Part shown: positions 37,587-46,137 of the stretch, one piece after another
Position numbering within the stretch: the stretch's first letter is position 1
Layout: each line of letters starts with the position of its first letter
From: Acidimicrobiia bacterium
Lineage (GTDB): Bacteria; Actinomycetota; Acidimicrobiia; Acidimicrobiales; Aldehydirespiratoraceae
Reading direction: 5' to 3'
NCBI GenBank assembly: GCA_022820805.1
Contig: JAJEEV010000013.1
Span: 80,967-144,966, forward strand
Length of the DNA stretch: 64,000 nucleotides
The notes under the pieces: generated by a model
Told to the model about the DNA's origin: nothing
Seen by the model: the letters and a program-made list of their open reading frames with translations, nothing else
Databases searched by the model: none
Position numbers and translations under genes: made by a program

Positions 37587-38873
37587 TCAGGCGTCCGAGC
37601 AGACCAGCGGAGCGTCGAGGTCGGCGCCGCCGTAGGCGATGGCCCGGATGGTGTCGAACTCAGCCAGGCAGTAGCCGTTCAGGACATCGGCGTGGGCCTG
37701 GTCGAGCAGCTCCTTCTGCTCCGGCGTGGGATTGCAGATCAGCGCGCCGACCTCCGGATCCCGGCCGACCGAGAACTTGTAGATGCTGCCCTCCTCGAAC
37801 TGACCCGACACGATCAGCGGGAACACTGCCCGGGCGAAGTCGCCGCCATCGAACAGTGCGGCCATGTCCCAATGCAGGTCGGTCCGCGAGCACACGTCGG
37901 ATGCGCCCGCGCTCGTCACCGGGATGTTGTGCTCGTTGGCCAACTGGACCAGGGGCTCGTGGGCGCCGCCCAGGTACGGGTAGACGAGGTCCATGCCCGC
38001 GTCGAGGGCGACGTTGAACGCCTCGGTAGCCCCGGCCACGTTGTCGAAGTCGAACGGGAAGTTGCCCGTCGGCGTGTAGACGACGTCATAGCTGGGATCC
38101 ACGGCCTTCATGCCGAGCCGCATCGCCAACTCGGTCTCGACCTCGAAGCCGAGCTCGCAGCAGCCGATCATGTACGCGGTGTCACCGCCCCGCTCCTGGA
38201 GGATCAGGCCGGCGGCCACGCCGACGACGTACTCGATCTCAGCCCCGTCGTTGGTGCTGAGGGCCACGCCGTCCATCTGCGGGAAGCCTGTGCCGCAGTT
38301 GCAGTACCAGAAGATGTCGGGATACTGCGCGACCAGGTCGGGCAGCGGGTCGGAGATCTCGCCCGCACCGACCGCGATGATGTCGACGCCCTGCGCGGCC
38401 AGGTTCTCCAGCTCGGTGGCGGCCACGGCCGGCTCGATGTTGTCAACCACGATCGGCGCCTCCCAGCCCTGTGCCGCCGAGATCTCCTCAGCCGCATCGA
38501 CCAGGGCCTGGTAGTAGGCGCCGTCGTCGCGGGGACCGGCGGCGGCCACGCCCAGGATGACCTTGCCGTCGCCGTTCGTGTCCATGTCAATGGTCGCGAC
38601 GTCTGTGATGTCGGATTCCTCGATGGCCTCGGTGATCTCCTCCTCCTCGGTCATCGGCTCCTCTTCAGCCATCGGCTCCTCTTCAGCCATCGGCTCTTCC
38701 TCAGCCATCGGCTCCTCTTCAGCCATCGGCTCTTCCTCAGCCATCGGCTCCTCTTCAGCCATCGGCTCGTCGGGGGTGACCGTCGTCTCGGCGTCGTCGT
38801 CTCCGCAGGAGGCGGCGACCAACGCGAACACCGCGAGCGCTGCTGCTAGCCATCTGAACGAATGTCGTCTCAT
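37587..38873 (-). CDS. BMP-family ABC substrate-binding lipoprotein with an acidic tandem-repeat linker
   Basis: GGAGGGA RBS. Lipobox LVAASC-GDDD, then seven EEPMA/T-E units, then a periplasmic-binding-protein fold (ILGVAAAGPRDDGAYYQ...). Confidence 0.9.
   Translation of the reverse strand: MRRHSFRWLAAALAVFALVAASCGDDDAETTVTPDEPMAEEEPMAEEEPMAEEEPMAEEEPMAEEEPMAEEEPMTEEEEITEAIEESDITDVATIDMDTNGDGKVILGVAAAGPRDDGAYYQALVDAAEEISAAQGWEAPIVVDNIEPAVAATELENLAAQGVDIIAVGAGEISDPLPDLVAQYPDIFWYCNCGTGFPQMDGVALSTNDGAEIEYVVGVAAGLILQERGGDTAYMIGCCELGFEVETELAMRLGMKAVDPSYDVVYTPTGNFPFDFDNVAGATEAFNVALDAGMDLVYPYLGGAHEPLVQLANEHNIPVTSAGASDVCSRTDLHWDMAALFDGGDFARAVFPLIVSGQFEEGSIYKFSVGRDPEVGALICNPTPEQKELLDQAHADVLNGYCLAEFDTIRAIAYGGADLDAPLVCSDA
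38652..38771 (-). repeat. 18-bp in-frame tandem repeat, about 6.7 copies
   Basis: Units start at 38652, 38670, 38688, 38706, 38724, 38742 and 38760 (plus-strand catcggctc...). Two synonymous variants alternate: ctcctcttcagc and ctcttcctcagc. It encodes PMAEEE repeats. Confidence 0.95.
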
Positions 38874-38899
38874 GTTCCCTCCAGTGTGGAACCGCTTGC

Positions 38900-38933
38900 G
38901 CCCCGGCGACTCTGCGCCGGGGCCTGTATACAG
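38900..38933. promoter_or_regulatory. 9-bp GC hairpin plus adjacent 10-bp perfect palindrome in a divergent intergenic region
   Basis: gccccggcg (38900-38908) / actctg / cgccggggc (38915-38923), followed by ctgtatacag (38924-38933). It lies 27 nt upstream of the BMP SBP start codon on the minus strand. Confidence 0.3.
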
Positions 38934-39012
38934 CCGACGTTAGCATTGCTGAGGCTTCGATGTCCTGCCGGGCCGAGCCGCACGACGACCGTGAGGAGAC
39001 CGCCCGAGGCGG

Positions 39013-39537
39013 GTGACCGGTTTCGCAGCGGGAGCAGCCCCTACAGTCGCGGGCGTGATCGTCAGGCTGACCGTCAACGGAGCCCAGACGACAGTCGACG
39101 CGGCCCCTGCAGGCAGGCTCTTGGACGTGCTGCGCGACCATCTGGGCCTCATCGGCACCAAGGAGGCCTGCGGCCGGGGCGACTGCGGAGCGTGCACCGT
39201 GCTGGTAGGCGAACGGGCCGTGCCATCGTGCCTGGTGCTGGCAGCCCGGGTGGACGAGCCGGTGCGCACCGTCGAGGGAATAGCCGCCGAGGCGGCCCGC
39301 CTGCGGCAGGCGTTGGCTGACTCGGGCGGGCTCCAGTGCGGCTACTGCACGCCCGGGCTGGTGGTGCGGGCCTACCAGCTCATCGCCTCCGGGGAGTGCG
39401 ACGGGACCGACCGCGACGCTGTCGGGCGGGCGCTGGCCGGGAACTTCTGCCGCTGCACCGGGTACAGCGGCGTCTTCGCAGCGGTGGCCGAGGCCGCCGG
39501 CAGCGTGACCGTCGAAACGACCGGAGACGGCCGTTGA
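39013..39537 (+). CDS. Xanthine dehydrogenase/CO dehydrogenase family [2Fe-2S] small subunit
   Basis: Cys clusters CGRGDCGACTV and QCGYCTPG...CRCTGY. The GTG at 39013 is the track start; the GTG at 39055 (VIVRLTVNG) is an alternative. Confidence 0.9.
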   Translation: MTGFAAGAAPTVAGVIVRLTVNGAQTTVDAAPAGRLLDVLRDHLGLIGTKEACGRGDCGACTVLVGERAVPSCLVLAARVDEPVRTVEGIAAEAARLRQALADSGGLQCGYCTPGLVVRAYQLIASGECDGTDRDAVGRALAGNFCRCTGYSGVFAAVAEAAGSVTVETTGDGR

Positions 39538-42500
39538 CGGCCCTCGGCCAACGGGTCCGGCCCGACCAGTGGGACGAACGGACCTCGGGAACGGCCGTCT
39601 ACACGACGGACATAGCGCTGCCCGGCATGCTCGAGGCCCGGATCCTGCGCAGCCCCCACCCCCACGCCGACATCCGCGGCATCGACACCTCCCGGGCCGA
39701 GGCCACCATCGGCGTGGCTGCGGTGATCACCGCCGACGACCTGCCCCACCACACCTACCTGCACCTGGGAGAGCCGTTCAGCGACCGCTGCGCGCTGGCA
39801 CGGGACCGGGTCCGCTTCATCGGTGAGGAAGTGGCGGCGGTGGCGGCCCGCACCCGGGCCGAAGCCGATGCGGCCCTGGACCTGATCGACGTCGACTACC
39901 AGCGGCGCGACAGCGTGCTCACCACCTCGCAAGCCCGTCTCATCGGCGCGGCCACGGTGCACGACGACACCGAAGGCAACCTGGCCCTCCAGACCGTGCG
40001 ATCCTACGGCGATCCCGACGAGGCCCGCTCGGACGCTGAGGCCTCGGTCAGCGGCACGTACGTCTACGCGCCCGCGGCCCACGTCTGCCTGGAGCGTCAC
40101 TCGACGGTGGCCCGCTGGGATCCGGGCCTGCAGCGACTCGACCTGTGGGTCTCGACCCAGGCGCCCTACTTCGTGCGCAAGGAAGTAGCCCACATGCTCG
40201 ACCTGCGCCCCGAGCAGATCCGCACCCACCCGGTGGCCGTGGGCGGCGGCTTCGGAGCGAAGGCCAAGGCCGGCTGCCACGAGGTGATCGCGGCGGCGCT
40301 CGCCATGCGGACCAAGCGGCCGGTGCGGCTGGTGCTCGACCGGGACGAGGAGTTCGCGGCCACCGCCGTGCGCCACTCCTTCAGCGTCGATCTCGCCACC
40401 GGCGCCCGCTCGGACGGAACCCTCACCCACCGCGACGGCTACGTCACGGTGGACAACGGCGCCTACAACCACGCCGGCCCCTCGGTGGCCGTCTACGCCA
40501 CCATGCTGGCCGCCGGCCCCTACCGTCTCGGCGGCTGCTCGACGGCCGTGTCGCTCGTCTACACCAACAAGCAGCCGGGAGCGTCGTTCCGGGGCTACGG
40601 CAACCCGCAGATGACCTTCGCGATGGAGTCGCAGATCGACGAGCTGGCCGACCGCCTCGGCATGGACCCGATCGACCTGCGGCTGCTCAACGCGCCCGAG
40701 TCGGGAGACGTGACCCTCGCCGGCTGGCGGCTGGGATCGGCCCGCCTGGCCGAGTGCCTCCAGCGGGCCCGCGACGAGATCGGCTGGGATGCCAAGCGGG
40801 CGCTCGGCGGCCGCGGGCGGGGAGTGGGGGTGGCCGCCGCCGTTCACGTGTCGGGCGCCAACGCCTTCGAGCACTCCGAGCTGAGCGAGGCCGCGGTGGA
40901 GCTCCACGACGATGGCACCGTCCGGGTGTGCTTCGCGGGCGCCGATGCCGGCACGGGCCAGGCTGCGTTGCTGCGACAGATCGCGGCCGACGAACTGGGA
41001 GTCGCCTTCGAGGACGTGGACGTGACCATGATGGACAGCCACGACGCCCCCCAGGACCTGGGGGCGTGGTCGTCGCGGGGGACCATGTGGAGCGGCCACG
41101 CCACCGCCGACGCGGCCCGCAATGCGGCCCGGTCCCTCAAGGACGCGGCCGCGGCCAAGTTCGGAACCGACCCGGCCCGGGTGCAGCTGGCCGGCGGCGA
41201 GGCTCGCTGCGGCGCCGACGCGGTGCCGATCGGCGATCTCGTGGCCCTTGCAGCGGACTCGACCGGGGGCGGCCTGCGGGCCGAGGGCAGCTACCTGACC
41301 GACGTAGACAAGATGGACAAGGAGCACGGCCGGGGCCACTTCTCCCCCGCGTACTCGTTCTGCGTGCAGGCGGTGGAGGTCGAGGTCGACTACGCCACCG
41401 GCCAGGTCGCCGTGCTGGACGCGGTCACGGTGCATGACTCGGGCGCGGCCCTCAATCCGGCTGCGGCCGAGGGCCAGGCGGTCGGGGCCATGACCATGGG
41501 ACTGGGCGCGGCTCTCAGCGAAGAGCTGGTGTACGAGCAGGGCCGCCTGGTCAATCCCAGCCTGCTCGAGTATCGGGCGCCACGAGCCGCCGACCTGCCC
41601 CCAGTCCGGGCTGTGCTCCTCGACGGCCACGACCCGGCCGGACCCTACGGAGCCAAGGGCATCGGCGAGATCGGAGTGGTGCCCACGCCCGCGGCGGTGG
41701 CCAACGCGGTGGCCCACGCCACCGGCCTGCGCGTCCGCGAGGTGCCCATAACCCCCGACAAGCTGCTACCCCGCCTGAGTCCTCACACGTCCACGGCCCG
41801 GACTACGCGCCGGCGGCCTCCGCCCGACGCCTACGGACTGGCGATGATCGGGGTGCTCTGGATCGACTTCGTACGGGCCCTCTACGGCATGGGCCTGTTC
41901 AAGCTCCTCGAACGCCTGTCCCGCCGACGCAGAGCGAAGCGGGGCCGGCGGGCGCCTGTCCCGCCGATCGAGTCGATCGAGCGGCCCACGGAACCCGAGG
42001 CGGCCACCGCCGCCTGCTCGGACCGCGACGCCGGCACCCGCTACATCGCGGGGGGAACCGACCTGCTGGTGGCCCGCCAGCAGCGGCTGGCCACACCGGT
42101 GCGCCTGGTCGACACCACCTCCATCAAGGAGCTCCGGCGGCTGGACGAGACTCCGGACGGCGACCTGCGCGTCGGTGCGGCCGTGACTCTCGAAGACCTG
42201 CGTCGCCGGCTCGCCCAGGGCGACGCCATGCCCGGCGACGCCATGCTGGCCGAGCTGCTGGCCGAGCTCGCCACCAGCGGGATCCGGGAGCTGGCCACGG
42301 TGGGCGGCAACCTGCTCCAGGACAAGCGCTGCGCCTTCTACCGCAACGGCTTCGGGTGCTACAAGCGCAACGGCCGGACTGCTCCGTGCTACGCGGTGCT
42401 GGGCGACAACCGGTTCCATCACGCCGTGCTGGGCGCCCACCGCTGCCAGGCCGTCACCCCGTCGGACCTGGCCACCGGCCTGCTGGCCCTCGACGCGGTG

Positions 42501-42956
42501 GCCCACAGCGTCCTGCCCGGGTCGAAGCCGCCCCGCGGCCGTGCCGTGGACCAGCTCTACTCGGGGCCGGGCGAACCCGATCTGGTCGCCGGGGAGCTGC
42601 TCACCACGGTCGAGGTGCCCGCGGCGGCCCGGGCCCGTCCGGCCGCCTTCGAGAAGCTGAGGCTCTACGCCGGCGACTTCGCGGTGTGCTCGGCCGCGGT
42701 GTCCGTCGAACTCGCCGGCGACGGGGCCGCCATCGCGGAGGCCAGGGTCTCGCTGGGGGCGGTAGCGCCGACGCCGTACCGGGCCGAGCGCAGCGAGAAG
42801 CGGCTGGCCGGCGTCCGGCTCGACGATCAGGCCGGTCTCAAGGAGGCGTCATGGGCGTGGGTCCGCGACACCAACCCCCTGCCCGGCAACCGGTGGAAGG
42901 TCGAGGCCACCTGCGGCCTGCTCCTCCGAGCCCTCAACCGCCTGGCGGTCGTCTAG
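39534..42956 (+). CDS. Molybdopterin-binding large subunit fused in frame to the FAD-binding (CoxM-like) subunit
   Basis: The TTG at 39534 overlaps the small-subunit stop. Hammerhead region LEARILRSPHPHADIRGID. Moco-domain motifs VGGGFGAKA, FRGYGNPQ and GAKGIGEIGVVP. After a ~70-aa linker come the FAD-domain motifs YIAGGTDLLV and ATVGGNLL. No stop codon separates the two parts. Confidence 0.85.
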   Translation: MTALGQRVRPDQWDERTSGTAVYTTDIALPGMLEARILRSPHPHADIRGIDTSRAEATIGVAAVITADDLPHHTYLHLGEPFSDRCALARDRVRFIGEEVAAVAARTRAEADAALDLIDVDYQRRDSVLTTSQARLIGAATVHDDTEGNLALQTVRSYGDPDEARSDAEASVSGTYVYAPAAHVCLERHSTVARWDPGLQRLDLWVSTQAPYFVRKEVAHMLDLRPEQIRTHPVAVGGGFGAKAKAGCHEVIAAALAMRTKRPVRLVLDRDEEFAATAVRHSFSVDLATGARSDGTLTHRDGYVTVDNGAYNHAGPSVAVYATMLAAGPYRLGGCSTAVSLVYTNKQPGASFRGYGNPQMTFAMESQIDELADRLGMDPIDLRLLNAPESGDVTLAGWRLGSARLAECLQRARDEIGWDAKRALGGRGRGVGVAAAVHVSGANAFEHSELSEAAVELHDDGTVRVCFAGADAGTGQAALLRQIAADELGVAFEDVDVTMMDSHDAPQDLGAWSSRGTMWSGHATADAARNAARSLKDAAAAKFGTDPARVQLAGGEARCGADAVPIGDLVALAADSTGGGLRAEGSYLTDVDKMDKEHGRGHFSPAYSFCVQAVEVEVDYATGQVAVLDAVTVHDSGAALNPAAAEGQAVGAMTMGLGAALSEELVYEQGRLVNPSLLEYRAPRAADLPPVRAVLLDGHDPAGPYGAKGIGEIGVVPTPAAVANAVAHATGLRVREVPITPDKLLPRLSPHTSTARTTRRRPPPDAYGLAMIGVLWIDFVRALYGMGLFKLLERLSRRRRAKRGRRAPVPPIESIERPTEPEAATAACSDRDAGTRYIAGGTDLLVARQQRLATPVRLVDTTSIKELRRLDETPDGDLRVGAAVTLEDLRRRLAQGDAMPGDAMLAELLAELATSGIRELATVGGNLLQDKRCAFYRNGFGCYKRNGRTAPCYAVLGDNRFHHAVLGAHRCQAVTPSDLATGLLALDAVAHSVLPGSKPPRGRAVDQLYSGPGEPDLVAGELLTTVEVPAAARARPAAFEKLRLYAGDFAVCSAAVSVELAGDGAAIAEARVSLGAVAPTPYRAERSEKRLAGVRLDDQAGLKEASWAWVRDTNPLPGNRWKVEATCGLLLRALNRLAVV

Positions 42957-44503
42957 GGGACTGGGGCGGAGGCCTGTTCGGCTAGGAGGAACTTGCGAAT
43001 CTTGCCGACGCTGGTGCGGGGCAGTTCGTCGATGAGGGTGATGGTTGCCGGCCGTTTGGCCTTGGCCAGCCGCTGCTCGCACCAGGCGTGCAGTTCGTCG
43101 AGCGTGGGCACCGCCGACGGGTCGGCCGCCACCACGAAGGCCACAGGCACCTCGTCGCGGATGTCGTCGGCCCGTCCCACCACCGCAGCCTCCAGCACCG
43201 CGGGGTGCTCGGACAGGGTGGACTCGACCTCGACGATGGAGACGTTCTCGCCGGACACCTTCAGCACATCGGAGCGTCGCCCGTCGAAGTAGTGGCGCCC
43301 GGTCCCGTCGCGAACGGCACGGTCGCCGGTCAGGAACCAGTCCCCCCGGAAGCTGGCCTCGGTGATGCCGGGGGCGTCGAGATAGCCGGCGAACAGGGTG
43401 ATGCCGGGCTCGCCGCCCACAACGACCTCTCCGACCACCCCGGGCTCGACCGACGCGCCGGTCGCATCCTGGACGTCGACCGAGCAGCCCGGCGAGACCC
43501 GGCCCATGGATGCGTGGTGGGGGTCGGCGGCCTCATCGGTCAGGACCGCGGGGATGGTCTCGGTCATGCCGTAGAGCTGGCGGGGCCGGCAGCCGAACCA
43601 CTCCGCCACCGTCGCGTGCTGGTCGGCCGAGATGTTCTGCGCGTACCAGCAGTGGCGCAGGCGCAGGCCGCTCACAGGCCCGCCGCGGGCCAGGATCATG
43701 CGGATCGGCGCCGCGAACAGGCTGGCGCAGGTGGCCGAGTGCCGGGCCGCGGCCGGCAGGAACCCCGACGCCGAGAAGGCCGGCATCAGAGCCACGCTGG
43801 CACCGGTCCAGATGGCCGACGCGAACGAGTAGTACTGCGCGTTGGCGTGGAACAGGGGCAGCACCACCAGCTGGCGGTCGTCGGGGGTCAGCCCGGCCGC
43901 CTCCGCCATGACCTTGCCCGCGAAGGCGTAGTTGGCCTGGGTCACCTCGACCCCCTTGGGCCGCCCGGTGGTGCCGGAGGTGAACATCACCGCGGCCCGA
44001 TCGTGCAGGTCCGGCTCGGACCGATCGGTCGAGGCCAGCGGCGAGGCGTCGAAGGGTGCGAGGGTCGTGTCGGCCTCGTCGATCTCGATCACGGCCAGAT
44101 CGCCCCGTCCCGCCTCCGCGACCGCGGCCCGGTAGATGCCGGCCCTGTCACCGGCGCAGAGGCCCACTGCGGGGCGGGTGCACCCGATATGGCCGGCCAG
44201 CTCGGGAGTGCGGCCCAAGGGGTCCGACGGGACGATCCACGCACCCAGGCGGGAGGCGGCCAGCCACACCGCGATGAACGTCGGCGAGTTGGTCAGAGCC
44301 AGATGGACGGCCGAGCCCGGCCCGGCACCGAGCACGCCCAGCGTGCCCGCGACCCGATCGACAGCAGCGTCGAAGTCACCATAGGACCAGCGGGCCACAT
44401 CGCCGGAGGGCGCCTCGAAGATCAGGAACGTCTCGTCGGCCCGGCCGGCCACGGCCCGGTCCCACACCGAGGCGAAGGACACGGGCGCGGCCCAGGCCTT
44501 CAC
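42953..44503 (-). CDS. AMP-dependent acyl-CoA synthetase/ligase
   Basis: AMP-binding motif MFTSGTTGRPKGV, plus GDWFLTGD and the C-terminal PRTSVGKIRK. Its stop overlaps the convergent XDH stop (CTAG at 42953-42956). Confidence 0.9.
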   Translation of the reverse strand: MKAWAAPVSFASVWDRAVAGRADETFLIFEAPSGDVARWSYGDFDAAVDRVAGTLGVLGAGPGSAVHLALTNSPTFIAVWLAASRLGAWIVPSDPLGRTPELAGHIGCTRPAVGLCAGDRAGIYRAAVAEAGRGDLAVIEIDEADTTLAPFDASPLASTDRSEPDLHDRAAVMFTSGTTGRPKGVEVTQANYAFAGKVMAEAAGLTPDDRQLVVLPLFHANAQYYSFASAIWTGASVALMPAFSASGFLPAAARHSATCASLFAAPIRMILARGGPVSGLRLRHCWYAQNISADQHATVAEWFGCRPRQLYGMTETIPAVLTDEAADPHHASMGRVSPGCSVDVQDATGASVEPGVVGEVVVGGEPGITLFAGYLDAPGITEASFRGDWFLTGDRAVRDGTGRHYFDGRRSDVLKVSGENVSIVEVESTLSEHPAVLEAAVVGRADDIRDEVPVAFVVAADPSAVPTLDELHAWCEQRLAKAKRPATITLIDELPRTSVGKIRKFLLAEQASAPVP

Positions 44504-46137
44504 GACGTGACCGGCAGATCCTGATCTCGGGTGCTGGCCCCCGGCAAGCCGTACCCGCCGCCTCCGGGCAGCTCCAAGCGCACCGTGTCGCCGGGCTGGA
44601 GCGTGATGCGGGTCTGGGTGGTGACCGGCTCCCCGTTCACCCGGAACGACCCGGGCGCGCCGGGCTCACCGCCGAAGATGCCCTGGGGCGGCTCGGTGAG
44701 GCGGCTGGTCACCGCGTTGAGCTGCCAGGGCCGGGCCGTGTCCACTTCGAACTCGATCACCTGGCCCAGGCCGCCGGGCTGCTCGCCGGCCCCTCCCGAA
44801 CCGGGGCGCAGCGCCTTCTGCAGGAACCGCACCGGGGCGGACGCCTCCACCACCTCTATGGGCACGGCCGACACCCCGGTGGGATAGGAGCAGGCGTCGA
44901 GCCCGGGCTTGGCGGCCCGGGCGCCCACCCCGCCCGCGTACGTGAACATGGCGGTGATGAAGGGGGATCCGTCCTCGTGGTGGCCGTTCACCTGCATCGT
45001 CCACACCGCTCCCGCACCCTCGGCCATCGCACCGTCGGGCTTCACCTGCGCCAGGGCCTTCAGCAGCGCGTTGGGCAGGAACATGCCCACCACATGGCGG
45101 GCGGTGCCGGGCTGCGGGGGCACGGCGTGCACGACCGACCCCTCGGGCGCCCGCATCCTGATGGGCGCCAGGCTCCCGTGATTGTTGGGTATGTCCGGAT
45201 TGAGGACCGAGCGCACCGTGAAGGTGGTGTAGGCGTGGGTGTAGTTGCGCACCACGTTGATGCCCCACGGGCTGGCGTCGCTGGAACCCTCGTAGTCGAC
45301 GACGATCTCGCCGGCGTCAGGATCCACCGTCATGGAGCAGACGATGTCGACCCGGCTCCCGTCGGCCAGGTCCAGAATGGCCGACGCGTCGTGGGTTCCC
45401 GCTCCGAGCTCGCGGATGGTGGCCCTGGTGGCCGCCTCGGACCGCTCGATGATCTCGTCGGCCAGATCCTCGACGTCGTCGAGGCCGTGGCTGTCGCACA
45501 GCGTGGCCAGCCGCTGGGCCCCGACCTCGCCCGACGCCATCTGGGCGTGCAGGTCGCCGGCCATGTGGTCGGGCTGGCGGACATTGGAGAGGATGAACTT
45601 CCAGACGTCGCCATTGCGCTCCGAGCCGCCGGCGCCGTCGCCTGTCATCAGCTTGCAGATCGGGATCCACAGCCCCTCCTCGAAGCAGTCGCGTCCCCCG
45701 GCGCCGATGCCGTAGCCGCCCACGTCGGTGTGGTGGATCGTGGACCCGAACAGGGCGATGAGTCGGGGCTCGCCGCCCGAGGCCGGCGTGCGCCAGGCGG
45801 GCACGAGCACGGTGACGTCGAGGAGCTGGCCCGCAGTCTTGTAGGGGTCGTTGGTGATGAGCACGTCGCCGGGAACCAGGGAGTCCACCGGGTACTCCTC
45901 GAGCATGGCGGCCGCGCCGAGGGCCAGGCTGTTGATGTGCCCGGGCGTGCCGGTGACGGCCTGGGCCACCATCCGACCCCGGCGGTCGAACACCGCGTTG
46001 GCCAGGTCGCCCGCCTCCCGAACGATGGGGCTGAAGGCTGCCCGCTGCAAGGCCCGGGCCTGCTCGTTCACGGTGGAGATCAGCGACTGCCACAGGATCT
46101 CCAGCTCGACCGGGTCGAAGTCCCGAACCGCGCTCAC
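44500..46137 (-). CDS. Hydantoinase B / oxoprolinase family protein
   Basis: The GTG at 46137 overlaps the HyuA-type stop (TAGTG). FDPVELEILWQSLISTVNEQARALQRAAFSPIVREAGD is the typical family N-terminus. The rest of the 1394-aa track ORF is read-through in another gene's space. Confidence 0.9.
   Translation of the reverse strand: MSAVRDFDPVELEILWQSLISTVNEQARALQRAAFSPIVREAGDLANAVFDRRGRMVAQAVTGTPGHINSLALGAAAMLEEYPVDSLVPGDVLITNDPYKTAGQLLDVTVLVPAWRTPASGGEPRLIALFGSTIHHTDVGGYGIGAGGRDCFEEGLWIPICKLMTGDGAGGSERNGDVWKFILSNVRQPDHMAGDLHAQMASGEVGAQRLATLCDSHGLDDVEDLADEIIERSEAATRATIRELGAGTHDASAILDLADGSRVDIVCSMTVDPDAGEIVVDYEGSSDASPWGINVVRNYTHAYTTFTVRSVLNPDIPNNHGSLAPIRMRAPEGSVVHAVPPQPGTARHVVGMFLPNALLKALAQVKPDGAMAEGAGAVWTMQVNGHHEDGSPFITAMFTYAGGVGARAAKPGLDACSYPTGVSAVPIEVVEASAPVRFLQKALRPGSGGAGEQPGGLGQVIEFEVDTARPWQLNAVTSRLTEPPQGIFGGEPGAPGSFRVNGEPVTTQTRITLQPGDTVRLELPGGGGYGLPGASTRDQDLPVTS

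Noticed and set aside
38652-38771. Regularly spaced 18-bp repeats as a possible CRISPR array.
   Set aside because: The units are contiguous with no spacers, are in frame inside a lipoprotein gene, and encode an acidic peptide repeat. No cas genes are present.
38924-38933. LexA/SOS-box-like CTGT...ACAG.
   Set aside because: The E. coli-type box has an 8-nt spacer and here the spacer is 2 nt. Actinobacterial LexA boxes have a different consensus.
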